23,112 bases of DNA from Atractiella rhizophila (taxonomy: Eukaryota), in NCBI GenBank assembly GCA_021432655.1, contig MU271351.1, positions 62,001-85,112 on the forward strand. The letters run 5' to 3'. The position numbers were made by a program, and so were the translations under genes. The notes under the pieces are model-generated. The model had not been told where the DNA came from. It saw only the letters and a program-made list of their open reading frames with translations, and did not search any database. Shown piece by piece: positions 1-11,306 of the stretch; positions within the stretch are counted from its first letter, which is position 1; each line of letters starts with the position of its first letter.

Positions 1-478
1 CTGTTATCGAAGGATTAACAAAGGCTCTCATTCTCGTCCCGATCGGAGCCGGCCTCTCATTCCTCGCCCTTTTATTCGCACTTTCTACGAATATCCTACT
101 CGATATACTTGCTTCCGTTTTTTCCTTCTTGGCCGCCTTGGTGACCGGAATCGCAGTCTGCTTCGAGGCAGCTGCTTTTGTCATTGCTCGCGACCGAATC
201 AACGATGCTGATGCGGCTAACGATTCCGCCACACTTGGGTACGTTTCCCGCATCCTTTTTTTGTAGGACGATGATTGATCGTTGACTCTCCAAACAGCAA
301 CAACTTCTGGTTCGTCATCGCGAGTTTCATCGCACAATTTCTCGCAATGTTCCTCGTCCTCTTTGGCTGCCTCAAGCGCCGAAGGAGCAGGTCTGCCTAC
401 CCACCCCCTGCCGCTGCTCCTGCTGCTCCTATGTCTGAGCGTACGTGGTATGGAAGGAGGAGGCCCGTTGTTGTCTAA
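1..478 (+). CDS. SUR7/PalI (Rim9-like) family membrane protein, 3' part (5' end outside the window); intron 239-297
   Basis: Frame from nt 3 reads VIEGLTKALILVPIGAGLSFLALLFAL...LASVFSFLAALVTGIAVCFEAAAFVIARDRIN...ATLG. The GTACGT...CAG intron joins it in frame to NNFWFVIASFIAQFLAMFLVLFGCLKRRR...RRRPVVV*. Three TM helices, a 'LG..FW' motif and a basic tail fit the SUR7/PalI C-terminal half. Confidence 0.75.
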
Positions 479-845
479 ATATCCTTTTTTTCGATTTTGG
501 GTATCCAATTCGGTGTTTCATTGTATGAAGAAAAGATTGCGCTTGAGGAACTGGCGTCATTATTTGTTTGATGATATAGCAGAGGCTGCTTTTCATGTCG
601 ATGATTTTGGACACTTTGTTTACTATATACTGTTAATCCACAATGAATAACGAACCCATTACAGTAGCACTGCCGCTTCATTTAATACATCTATGCACGT
701 TCTCCTTGTAGGACACTATCGAGAACAAAGAATATGAAGATTTAAAGAATCAATTTTAGCTCCATTTCGAAGCGAAAGTGAGCTATAACAGAGTTAGTGC
801 GCACAGTTTTGACTGAACAACTGTCGCTCGACCAACTCTTCGCCC

Positions 846-2185
846 CTACCGTTCGACCTCTAGAACTCCCATCTCGATCTTCTTCAATCCCCATACGACC
901 CCAATCTTTGTCCACCTCCAGCAGGTCATGAAATCTCTCACGCTTCTGTACACGACTAGTGCAGTCAGGAGTATCATGTCCAGATTGACGCCTTCGAGTC
1001 TTTGCACCCAGGCCATACGCTGAAACGGACCAAAATAGCATAAGGTGAGCGGAACCAGCATACTGGTCGCAAGGGAGAGAAAAACAAGTCCCAGGAGGAA
1101 ATGGAAGGCTGTTTTCATTCCCCACGGAGAAGCTGAGGAGCCTTCCACTGGTCGACCTTCCATCCTGGCCCTCTTCTTCCGTCTTACTTGCTGTAAGTTC
1201 CACACCGCTCGTCCGAGAGCATCTCCGTGCTCATCAGGTATAAGTGGAAGCACTCCGTACTCTAAGGAATCAGTATCGATATCGGAGATGATGGCCATCA
1301 AAGCGTTGTCCGCCTCTACTTCTTCATCTTTGTCTTCCCCCAAAACGAAAGAAAAGTCCATATTAAGGCTTGCGGATAACCCTCGAAGAGCTGTGTGGAT
1401 TGAACTTTCTAGGGGGTCGCCCCGCTCGAGGATGTTGGAGTAGGGATCTGCTATAGAAGAGAAGGAGAGGAGGTAGGCAGCGATGTGTCCTGAGAAGAAT
1501 ATGAGGAGGAGGTACAGAAGAACTGTGAGGAATAAGAGGGTGGGTTTGGATTCTGCCAACCCAGCGATGCGCCTGCGTGTAAAACGGTAGCGGTAGTGGC
1601 ACTGCGGGCATTCGAAGAACGATTCTGCAGTAATGCCGCTTTCAATCAATAATACAATTCATATAAGAAAACATACGACTGGTAGGTGAAGCATGCCGCC
1701 ATGCATCGAGGCAAGTGACATGTACGAGTCCAATGGAACCTCGGCAACGGCACTGTGAAATAGTTGAGCATCCAGCTTCACCATAGAGACCACAATAGCT
1801 AAGTAAAACACACGGGAGAAATAAGCTGTCCGAGTTCTGCATTCTCGCGAGCAAGGCAGATTTTACACTGCCGTTCATCCACTGGTGTTACTGCTGGCCA
1901 CTGTGTCTCCTGTTTCTGGACACCTTGGGCTACCCTTTCACTAGGCTCCAAAGTCCCATCCCTCTCCCTGATTTGTATAATCTCTCCATCTCCTAAAGCC
2001 GCCCCGTTTGAGGTGTCCGTCTTCTGCGAACTAGATCCATCATCAGCAGCTTGCTGTGAGGCGGTGTTCAGGTATTTGTCGACTAGCTCTTGCTCTGCGT
2101 CTGTGACAACTGTTTTTCTCTGCCGTAGGAAATTCTCGAAGCTCTTGTTAGAGTCGAAAATAGGTTGGTTCGGCGGTTCATCCAT
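846..2185 (-). CDS. RING-CH (RINGv/MARCH-type) membrane E3 ubiquitin ligase, copy A; exons 2185-1814, 1752-1677, 1624-846
   Basis: Spliced product gives a C4HC3 pattern, CKIC...LISP|CRCRGSIGLVHVTCLDAWR...FFECPQC, followed by about 3 hydrophobic segments. Both introns are GT-AG (61 and 52 nt). Confidence 0.88.
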
Positions 2186-2602
2186 GTCAAAGCTTGAAAC
2201 TGCTGATGCGAAGAATTTGGAGGTATTTTATGCTATACTAGTAGTAGAAGTGAGAAATGGAAAATCGGCGTTACGGCAGCTCCCTGCACTGCTACTCCTG
2301 GTGCAAAGGGTGGATGTCAAGCAGGAATCAAGACGTGATCTGTTCCCGCAACGGGGAAGCTCTGCTCCGGGCCTATTTTCGGCCCAAAATATGCGAATGT
2401 TCAACTCAACTCAACCACAAAGGTGCAGTCTTGGTGAATAACTCGATTACGAGTTGCACACATCCTTAATCTCCTCTACGAGCGAGCCAGAACAAAGGGT
2501 ATGAAGCCATATGAAGCTTCACGCGCAAAAATCCATTTGCTTATAGGAAATATTACAACAACGGAGAGAAAGGACCAACTGCTCCAACAATCTGCTAGTG
2601 CA

Positions 2603-3997
2603 CTACCGTTCGACCTCCAAAACTCGCGTCTCAATCCTCTTCAATCCCCACCTGACTCCAATCTTTGTCCACCTCCAACAAGTCATGAATACTTTCACAC
2701 TTCCATATGCGACCACGGCAACCAGGACGATTCCTTCCAAATTGACACCTCCACCTCTGCCTCCTCTGCGTCCCCAGGTCATATGCCGAAATGGACCAAA
2801 GAAGGATATGGAGAGCAGAATCTGTAGGACGGAAAGGAGGGAGATGAAAACAAGGCCGAGGAGGAAGTGGAACGTCATCTTCATTCCCCATGTCGGAGTG
2901 ATGGAACCTTCCGCTGGCCGTCCTTCCTTCTTCGCCCTCTTCTTCTCTTCTTTCTTCTCCCGTGCTCGTTGCAGGTGCCATGCCGCTCGCCCGATAGCAT
3001 CTCCGTGCTCGTCAGGTGTAAGTCGGAGAATACCGTCCTCTTTCACATCTAACGAATCCAAATCGACCCCGGAGAGAGCAGCGATGAGCAAGTCGTAGGC
3101 AGCGTCCTCTTCCTCGTCTTCATCCTCTCCCATAACAAACGAAAAGTCCATGTTGAGGGCCGTGGATATTCCTCGAAGTGCTGTTTGGAGCGCGTTGTCT
3201 AAGATTTCGCCACGATTGAGGACAGTATAATAGGAGTCGGCTAGGGAGGTCCCAGAGGAGGAGAAGGAGAGAAAATAGGTCGCGATGTGCCCCGAGAAGA
3301 AGATGAGGAGGAGGTAGAGAAGGACTGTAAGGGAGAACAGGGCGGGTTTGGATTCTGCCAACCCGGCGATGCGCGTGCGTTCAAGGCGGTAGTGATAATG
3401 GCATTGGGGACACTCGAAATATGATTCTACAGTCTAATTACTTTCGGCAATCAACAACAGTATAAGGGAAACAAACGAGTGGTAGGTGAGGCACGCCGCC
3501 ATTCGTTGAGACACGTTACGTGCACAAGTCCAATGGAGCCTCGGCAAAGGCACTACGTAATATTTGCGCTCACCAACCAAGCCCTTGATAGCTAAGAGAA
3601 GACACACGGGAGAAATAAGTCGTCCTAGTTCTGCATCCTCTCCTCCAAAACATATTCGACACTGCGGCTCATCCACTGGTGCCGGCGCTGGCATTTCATC
3701 TTGCCGCTCCTTCTCTGCCTCTTCCATCTGGGCCTGCTCCACACCTTCGCTTGGAACGATAGGTTCCTCTTTCCCCGCCGTTTCCGTGACTTCTACGACC
3801 TTCTCATCTCCTAAAATTGCCCCGTTCGAGGTGGTCGTCGCCTGCGAGCTGGACCAGTTATCGACAGCTTGCTGGGGTAGCGTCTTCAACTCAGATTTAA
3901 CAAGTGACTCCTGTTCCGTGACAGCTGTCCTTCGTTGCCGTAAGAAATTCTCGAAGCTCTTTTCAGGGTCGAAAAGAGGTTGATTTGGTTCATCCAT
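2603..3997 (-). CDS. RING-CH (RINGv/MARCH-type) membrane E3 ubiquitin ligase, copy B; exons 3997-3608, 3552-3477, 3426-2603
   Basis: CRICFGGEDAELGRLISP|CLCRGSIGLVHVTCLNEWRR...YFECPQC plus TM segments. Intron positions are the same as in copy A, and both termini match (MDEP..., ...VLEVER*). Confidence 0.9.
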
Positions 3998-4434
3998 CGC
4001 ACGCAGTCTCAATGGAATAAGTGGCACGTGTCATATCCTTGCTATTTCAAATGAAACCTGCCGCATCTGGACGCTCACGTGATGAATGACTCGCACAAGG
4101 GGATAACCAAACAAGGGGTCTCACTCAGTATCAACTAGTACAAGGACAAGGGCTGTTCATCAATCACACAGAGTATCCCACAGGTTCGTCTGTTGCTAGC
4201 TCTACTGTTTTTAGCGTTAAAGATGTTTGGCATCAAAGGTTGCACAAGGGCATAAACAACTTCTGTTCAGGCCTAAAAACCCAACACTCGACGCGTTATT
4301 CCTCCAAATCCTCTCTGCTCAGGAATAAACGCTTTCCTTCTTGCTGGTACGCCGATTTTAATCTCTTTTGTTCTCGAGAGAGTCAATTCTGATCCGCAAA
4401 CTGATCCTGGCTGACATTCAGGAAAACACTAGAA

Positions 4435-6235
4435 TGGATCTTGATCCTGCATTGACGAATGCTATAGAAGATCTCAATGTCTCCATGCCTCCTTCCACAC
4501 CGTCGCCTTCTATAACACACACCGCACCTCTCCAACCTGCCCCTCAGCCGCTCGTCAAAACTTTCTCCACTCCCTCCACTGTGAGCACCAAGACATGGCT
4601 TTCCCTTCCCTCCTCCCTCAGCTCCAAATCTGTCAACTCCAACACTGAGCAGCCTGACAATCAAGTTCAAGTTTCTGACCCTTTCAATCAGAACACATCT
4701 ACGGTGTCTCCTAGGCCGTCCCTTGACAGCCTTTCTGACTTTGACGCCATTGATGAGGTCGAAGCGAGCAGGGAAGACGTTGGGCAACCACTCTTGACGA
4801 GTGCTCACGAAGTACAAGAGCTATCTATGGACTTGGATAGCTTAAGGAGGGAACATAGGGTGGATAGGTGGAGGCAGTCCGTCGAAGTTGAGAGCGAATC
4901 TTTTGAAGGAACCAGTGGGAGATGGAAGGATCATCATCCACCAAGCCTGCCTATCAGTCCTGCTCTTGTATCACAGCCTACATTCGAAGAACATCAGGAG
5001 TTCGTTAGGGAGAAAACGGAGAAGCCGTTGCTGGAGGATGAGCCTGCTTCGTTCGCCAAAGAACTGTTGGGATCGACTGTTGGTACGACTCCTCACATGT
5101 CGTACGTTGCCATCACATTTACTTCCCGTCGCTGACTTCGAATAGCCCGCTAAAACATAACGGAAGAAAGCACACGGTTGTCCCAATGATATCCTCTCTT
5201 GCATTGGCGGAAGCCGTCTCAGTCCCAACTCGCCCAGCTACGCCTTACAGTTGGAAAGCCACTGTCTGTCTTCTTTCGATCGGTTTTCTCGCTGGTGTCA
5301 CCTCGTCTATTGCCTGCCTATACTACTTTACATCTATGTTCCGAGAAGCAGCTCGTGAAGAACACATTTCTCTAACTGCTCCACCGCCGATAATTCTCGA
5401 GCCTTCCACCTCTCCATCACCATCCATGACGTCCTCTCCATTATTTTCCATCACCACCCTCACCTTCATTCTCGCTAGCGGGTGCTTATACATGCGGAAA
5501 CAAGTATCAAGCCCAGATCGTTTCTACAGACTATTCCTCTCCTCCGCACCGATTCGCGACTCTCTGGATATAGGTCTCTCCCTCCATCCTGATGATCCCC
5601 TACTTCGGCTCCTCCACGCTCTTTCATCTCCCTCGATCCCAATCCCTCTCCTCCCCCTCGAGCGCAAAGGATGGGAAGTGGATATGTGTCGAGCAATCTT
5701 AGGAGCAAAAATCTCTGTAGGGAAGGAGTGGCAGGAGCTTGTGGAAGTTGCAAGGAAGCGGTTGTCAGAACGGCAAACGAAGAAGTCCAGTGGGTTCGCA
5801 TTTCAGAGGGAATTCGAGCTCTCGAGGACGTTCCCGAAGATGGAAGGCGATGAGACGCCAAAGAGGAAAAGAGGACGGCCCAAGAAAGAAACTTTCAACA
5901 CTCATGCAACCTCATCGGGAGGGAAGAAGCTCAACAGACGTGCTTTGGCAAGCGAGGAGGGAGACGATAGCGATAGCGATCTAACGGAAGTAGAGGAGAA
6001 GAAAGACCCGGCGCAAGTGGATGCGCCAGGGTCGAACATTAAGCAAGAAGAGCCAACGCGGCTGACAGCCCCGGATCGGTCGACGATCGTCACGCCTAAG
6101 AAAGGGAAAGCACAGTTGCTGCACCCGAATGGGGATGCGACGCCGGTCAAGAAGGAAAAGAGCCCTTTGAAAGCTCTCATCAAAGAGGAAGCCAGTCCTC
6201 CACTCAGGAGAAGCCCTCGAATTGCCGCGCATTAG
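4435..6235 (+). CDS. Uncharacterised protein: S/P-rich N-terminus, two predicted TM helices, AT-hook-like motif and basic C-terminal tail; intron 5102-5145
   Basis: ORFs 4368-5135 and 5186-6235 join in frame through a 44-nt intron (GTACGT...GCTGAC...TAG). First ATG is at 4435. Hydrophobic stretches ATVCLLSIGFLAGVTSSIACLYYF and LFSITTLTFILASGCLYM; KRKRGRPKK; ends PPLRRSPRIAAH*. Confidence 0.75.
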
Positions 6236-6456
6236 GATGTCTTGGTCAGTTGCGTTGGAATTTTGGTGTACTGGTGTAGCCCCTTCTTGTTGCATTCATA
6301 GCAGCTCTGGATCGATCTGGAGCAGTAATCTCAGCTCATGCTGTATTCAATATGCTCAAGTGATAAGTGAGAATCTATTGCAGACAGCCCTCAACGTAAG
6401 ATTTGAACAAGAACGCGAGAATGTCTACAGAGCACAGAACGGGACGCATAGAGTCG

Positions 6457-8980
6457 TCATGCCTTCTTGTCGAGCACGGCAAGTTCTCGAAGGACTTCCG
6501 GTTCCCTGATGGTCCCTTAGTACAGTCTAAGATAAAGGAAGATGACAAGCTCACGATTCGATCTTTTTGAGCTGGGTCAATTCCAGCGTCTCACCCTGGG
6601 CCTTTCTGGCCTTGAGTAAGGAGATGGCGTTGAGCTTCTTCATCAAATTCCTCCTCTTTTTGTCGTCTGCACTCAATTCCCCCTTGTCTTCCTGTTGTTC
6701 GACAGCAGGGGCAGCAGCAGGCTTCACCTCCTCCTTCTCCTTCTCCAATGGGGTAGCGGCACCGCTAGCCGTAGGCGTCAAAGATGGCGTCGCATCTTCC
6801 GCCTTTCCGCCTTTCTTCTTCTTGGGACCACCCTTTTTCGGCTTATCCCCTGCGGTCCGAGCAGGCGGCTCCTTTCTTGAAGGCGAATGAGATCCATCTG
6901 CACCGTTAGCAGTGACGGCACCAGGAACTTGGCGTGGCCGCTTCGGGCTAGCTTGATATTGGCTGAGGCTTTGACTTTGTCGGCCACCGTCCCCATTTCG
7001 GCCGCCGGGGGGGACATAGGGCTTCCCTCCTTCATCTTCTCGCTTAAAGAGAGTTGGAGTAGCAGTCCCACGAGCTCCAGGTGGGCGATAGGCTCCCCCG
7101 CTCGCCGCTGGCTTCACTGGAGCGGCGGTGAGAACAGAAGGACTGGGTTGAGGTGCTGGAGAGAAGGCCGTTCGGAAAGGATGATGCTCTGCCGAAGAAG
7201 GTTTCCATGCGACCTGAGGTATATAGATCAGCCATATTCATCGCGGAAAGCGTTGAAGCAACCTGGTATAACTCCTCGATGGACTCAACATGCATTAGCC
7301 CTCCAGTAAAATGAAAGATTCGCACGCCATTGTCCACCCTGAGACGAGGACTGAGAGTAGAACACAGAATATACCTCCCATCAGCACTCCATTCGCAATT
7401 CGACGAGTTAGGAGCTTCAATCGTCGACATTTTTTTGAGCGTCTTCCGATCCCAGATATCTACCGTCCCAGACAGATTTCCGAAACCAGCGATAAGAATG
7501 AGGCGGCCTTGAGGATTGAAGGAGACGAAATTTCGTGGGAGGGAGCCAAAGTCGTGAATAACATTGGCGCGATGGTCCATCAAGCACGTTTTCGCAGGCA
7601 TAACTGTTTCCTCATTAACAAGAGTCACTGTTGACAGAGAAAAGCTCACAGCCGTAAACGACAATGAACTCTTTGTCATTGGGAGACCAGTTGAAGTCAT
7701 GAATACCTCCTTCTTTGTCTGATGTGAAGAGTCAGAAATTACTTCGCTTGGGGAAGACAGAACGGACCTAGAGCAACTCTAGCATCAAAACCTCCAAATG
7801 CGTTCATGAGGTAAAGATTTGTCTCTGCACATATCTTCTGAGTTCAGGTCTGTACCAAAGAGGAGCAACGTACGCCCATAATAGGACTGATTGGTCTTAT
7901 CAACATCAGCAGTAGTCAGGAACAGAAGATTTGTGCCGATCGAATTCCACTTCATCTGGACGCGATCAGCCTTAAAGAACGTCTTCGAGGCTGAAGACGC
8001 GGCCGTCGAGGTGACGCTGAAGATTTTGACTGTTCCTGGTGCTCCCTATAGCGGATGGCAGTCACTCTCACTCATTGAGGTTACAATGGCAAGGACCAAA
8101 AGTACGAACCTTTTTCTCAGGTACGAACAGAGCCACAAAGTCATGATGGCCAGGGGAAACGCTGAAAGCATTCACCCCTTCGAGTTTGATTCTGTTGACA
8201 GGTGCAGATGAGAGGGATTTGGAATCGAAGATCTGAACTTCGTTCGTCACGAGCTTGAGAGCAAAAGCTTCGTTGAATGTGAATTGGTATTGCCTACGCG
8301 ACAACACACAGCGATGAGGACGATATTGTGGATGGAGGAGTAGAATGGCAGACCAGTTATCCGAGCTTCGAGCAGTGAAGGCCGTTAACTCTTCCGCTGT
8401 TGGTATGGCCCAGATTTTGGCATTTTTGAGTTGGGAACCATCTTCCGGCTTCGCTGCTCCAGAATCTCAGTCCCATGTAATTCTCCGTCCAAGGTAGCAT
8501 TGCATACAGTACCGCTCCCATGTTTGGAGGTAGGTTCCCTTTGGCGACAAGGCCAGATCAATGGCATTCTTCACGGGAATCTTGCACAGAACGCTTCCAT
8601 CCGAGGTTTTATACACATAGACCCTGCGTACAATCAGTAAGTGACCACACCATATTGAACAACGTACTCTTCAGGAAATGACGCAGCGAAGAGTGCTCCG
8701 TCTCCGCTGTAGGCAAATACCTTCGACTGTCCTTCAGGTCTACTAAGACGTCAGCGAAATGTATTGCTTCATTGAGACATGCCGCACTTTTCGAAATTCT
8801 CGAAAGAGCTGTAACTTGGAGCGCTACCGTTCACGAGCTTCAGATCCTTAAGAGATCGGCCTTCACTTCTCCATGAGTCGCTCTTTCTACTATCTCAGAT
8901 TGGTTCGACGACTTACAAGCATACTGGGGCACGGGTACTGCCCGAGTCTCAGGATTTGGGGACTGGGTTGGAGACGCCAT
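6457..8980 (-). CDS. EIF2A: Eukaryotic translation initiation factor 2A (WD-repeat eIF2A), multi-exon
   Basis: Family motifs LSPKGTYLQTWER, FFKADRVQMKWN, SYYG.TNLYL, AGFGNLSGTVDIWD, TLSPRLRVDNG, GAYRPPGARG, KKRRNLMKKLNAI...LELTQLKKI. ATG at 8980 (MASPTQ...). Last exon after a GTGAGC intron reads EPEVLRELAVLDKKA*. Confidence 0.95.
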
Positions 8981-9245
8981 GTTCTGGTGCAGTTTTGGGA
9001 GTTGAGTGCCTGGCGAAGCAAATCAATGTTTCGCTGGAGGAAATTGGGGAGCTCAGAGGCTCGAGCTCTGGTTCTTCGAGCTTTTGGGCTTGCGATTGAT
9101 TTCAGCGAAAAAAATATCAAGGTTCTCGGGATATCGTAGCCACCTCGGGTCCGCTGCGATCGAAGAAAGGGCAAATTACGATAACTTAACCATCGCGTTA
9201 CTCATGGGAAGGTCGATAATATTTTCACGCGAACCGAGTGTATCT
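8981..9245. promoter_or_regulatory. Compact divergent (bidirectional) promoter region between eIF2A and NAS2
   Basis: Only 265 nt separate the two head-to-head start codons (8980 on minus, 9246 on plus). Confidence 0.6.
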
Positions 9246-10167
9246 ATGTCTTCTGCAATTCCGGGATCTACAAAAGGTCTTACTGTCAAGGAGGAGTTAG
9301 ACAGACTGATCGAGGTGAGTTGCGGCATCGCTCCACTTTACTGAAAGCTGACGCGTTTTGGGCCTCCAAGGTTCGCAAGGGCATCAATGTAGACATGGAG
9401 GAGCATATTAATATCTTAAAATCCGTACATTTCTTTGCGCAAATGCTGAGATTATGTTGTTGAACATAATCGGCAAAGGAAAACTCGACGATGAGCTCTC
9501 CCCTCGTTACGTATGATGGTTTTCCTCGCTCAGACATCGATGTCTACCGTGTCCGTACCTCTCGACAAGCGATAATCCGCTTGCGGAACGATTTGAATGA
9601 GATAGAGGCGGAAATGGGCCGCGTTGTGAACCTTGGTTTTGAAGGCGTCCAGAGAGCCGAGAAGGAGGAAGAGGAAGATGCTGAAGACCCTGAACTTGAT
9701 TGGGCTGAAGTATCAATTGTTGAAAAAGGGAGTCCAAGTGACGAAGCAGTACGTTTTTCGAATCCCTTGCCGATGAGTTTTGTCGGGTGTCAACGCGACT
9801 GTGTTCTCCGCAGGGTCTACGCTTTAAAGACCGCATTTATCGTTTTGGAGGCATCACTCTCGCTCCTGGAGGTGTCTCAAGGGACCTTCTCCCACAAGTG
9901 TCTACTCTCGTACAGAGAGCAACGCAAAATCGCGTGCGTTTGCAGCTCCTCCCTCTTTTTTTTGTAGCCATTCATTCAAGCTGCGAGTGCAGGAACCAAT
10001 CTATCTCCTCCTCCATCGTGGTGAACAGAAAGAAAAGGTCAGAGTGCGCCTAGCACCCAGAACGGGATGGGGCGGCAGAGGAGCGTTGGGGTCAGTTGTC
10101 ACGTCGCTGTTTTCCCTCGAAGAATGCTGACGAGGACATACCAAGCTGTCTCATCGTTCCTATTTGA
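9246..10167 (+). CDS. NAS2: 26S proteasome base assembly chaperone Nas2/PSMD9 (p27, PDZ domain), multi-exon
   Basis: Motifs MSSPLVTYDGFPRSDIDVYRVRTSRQAIIRLRND, VEKGSPSDEA|GLRFKDRIYRFG and a spliced end GWGGRGALG|CLIVPI* (TGA at 10165-10167). Confidence 0.93.
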
Positions 10168-11238
10168 GAACTGCCTTAGGTAAGCTTAATCATAACGTGC
10201 TCAAAGATACGGAGTATTGTACCAACAATGTTGTTCTGTGTTCTGACATGTGCATCAATATCATTTTTGTGTCATCGTTTGCTGTAGCTGTCAGCCAGAG
10301 ATTCAATTTTACTGTCAATGGCGGACACGTTCCATATTAATTGCCGTTAAGCCTTTTGTCCACAATGGCCTTGCTCTCATCAAAACAGATGCAGTCAGAG
10401 TCCACAGGGGCAGACTTTGAATCACACCCAGCTTACATTGTGTAGCTGCTGACAGGTATTTGAGGGATTCTATTCATCGCTTTGTTCATTCTTATGGGGA
10501 CAAATGCTCGTTGTCCGAATGAGAGGCTGTAGGTTGACAGACAGTACTCATCGGCTAACGCCCATCTCAGTCTCTCCGAAGGTTCCAAATCGATTGATTT
10601 TGTCAATAATTGAGCATGATCGAACCTTCGATTTTAGCGCCGTTTTACAGGACACCAAAAGTCTGCCAGTCTGCCAGTGATTTTGTGAGTATGTGCACAC
10701 CCTAAGGAAGTACCTTAGTGTATTTCGTGCTCTCTGACAGACTCCTTTTGTTGCTCTTTGAGCTGTATTCTTGCAAGCTCTCATTTGTGCAAAGAATCCT
10801 GTTCTTCTTCCCCGGAATCTTGCTGACACCCCCGGGTCTGCTCGATCCATCGATGAGATGGGTCAATTGAAACATTGGAGTACTTCTCACGTTCGACTCA
10901 AAGCCAAGCATTCAGTACATTGCATTTTGGGCTCACATATTCGCCGGCAAAGTTCAAAGTTCGCAACGGGGAAATCCTCCTCCCCTTTGCGTGGGCCGCT
11001 TTGAAGAAGGCAGTGGGGAACAAAGCTCGGATTTGATGCTAGTTGGCAAGATCTGCCAAATTATCTCCGCCTTCGGTTGGTCGGTACGAATGCACGCTCC
11101 TCCCTCTACCACGCTGCATTGATCGTGTGGCAAGACGGCGATATCGATTTACTTTACCCATTCATTTACGGATCATTAAGCCGAATTCCAACCAGCTGGG
11201 GTGGATGACCAGCGAATATCGCGAATTGTGAGACATGA

Positions 11239-11246
11239 TATAAAAG
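11239..11246 (+). promoter_or_regulatory. TATA box of the sugar transporter gene
   Basis: TATAAAAG about 60 nt upstream of the ATG at 11307, which is in a strong GCCATGG context. Confidence 0.6.
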
Positions 11247-11306
11247 AGCGCAGTTTGCAACTGCAGCTCAATCGCTTCGCGTTTCTTCCGTACAAAGCGA
11301 CTCGCC

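Noticed and set aside
1045..3983. Plus-strand ORFs of 108-166 aa over the RING genes
   Set aside because: They are antisense shadows of the minus-strand CDSs, with no independent motifs.
3998..4027. N-terminal extension MPLIPLRLRA of RING copy B in the ORF track
   Set aside because: It starts at a GTG, and the paralog begins at MDEP, matching the ATG at 3997.
6567..8640. Plus-strand ORFs within eIF2A
   Set aside because: Antisense shadows of a well-supported gene.
10548..11004. ORFs of 69-100 aa between NAS2 and the transporter
   Set aside because: No recognisable domain, and I could not build a spliced model. This is more likely promoter or intergenic DNA, though a small orphan gene is not excluded.
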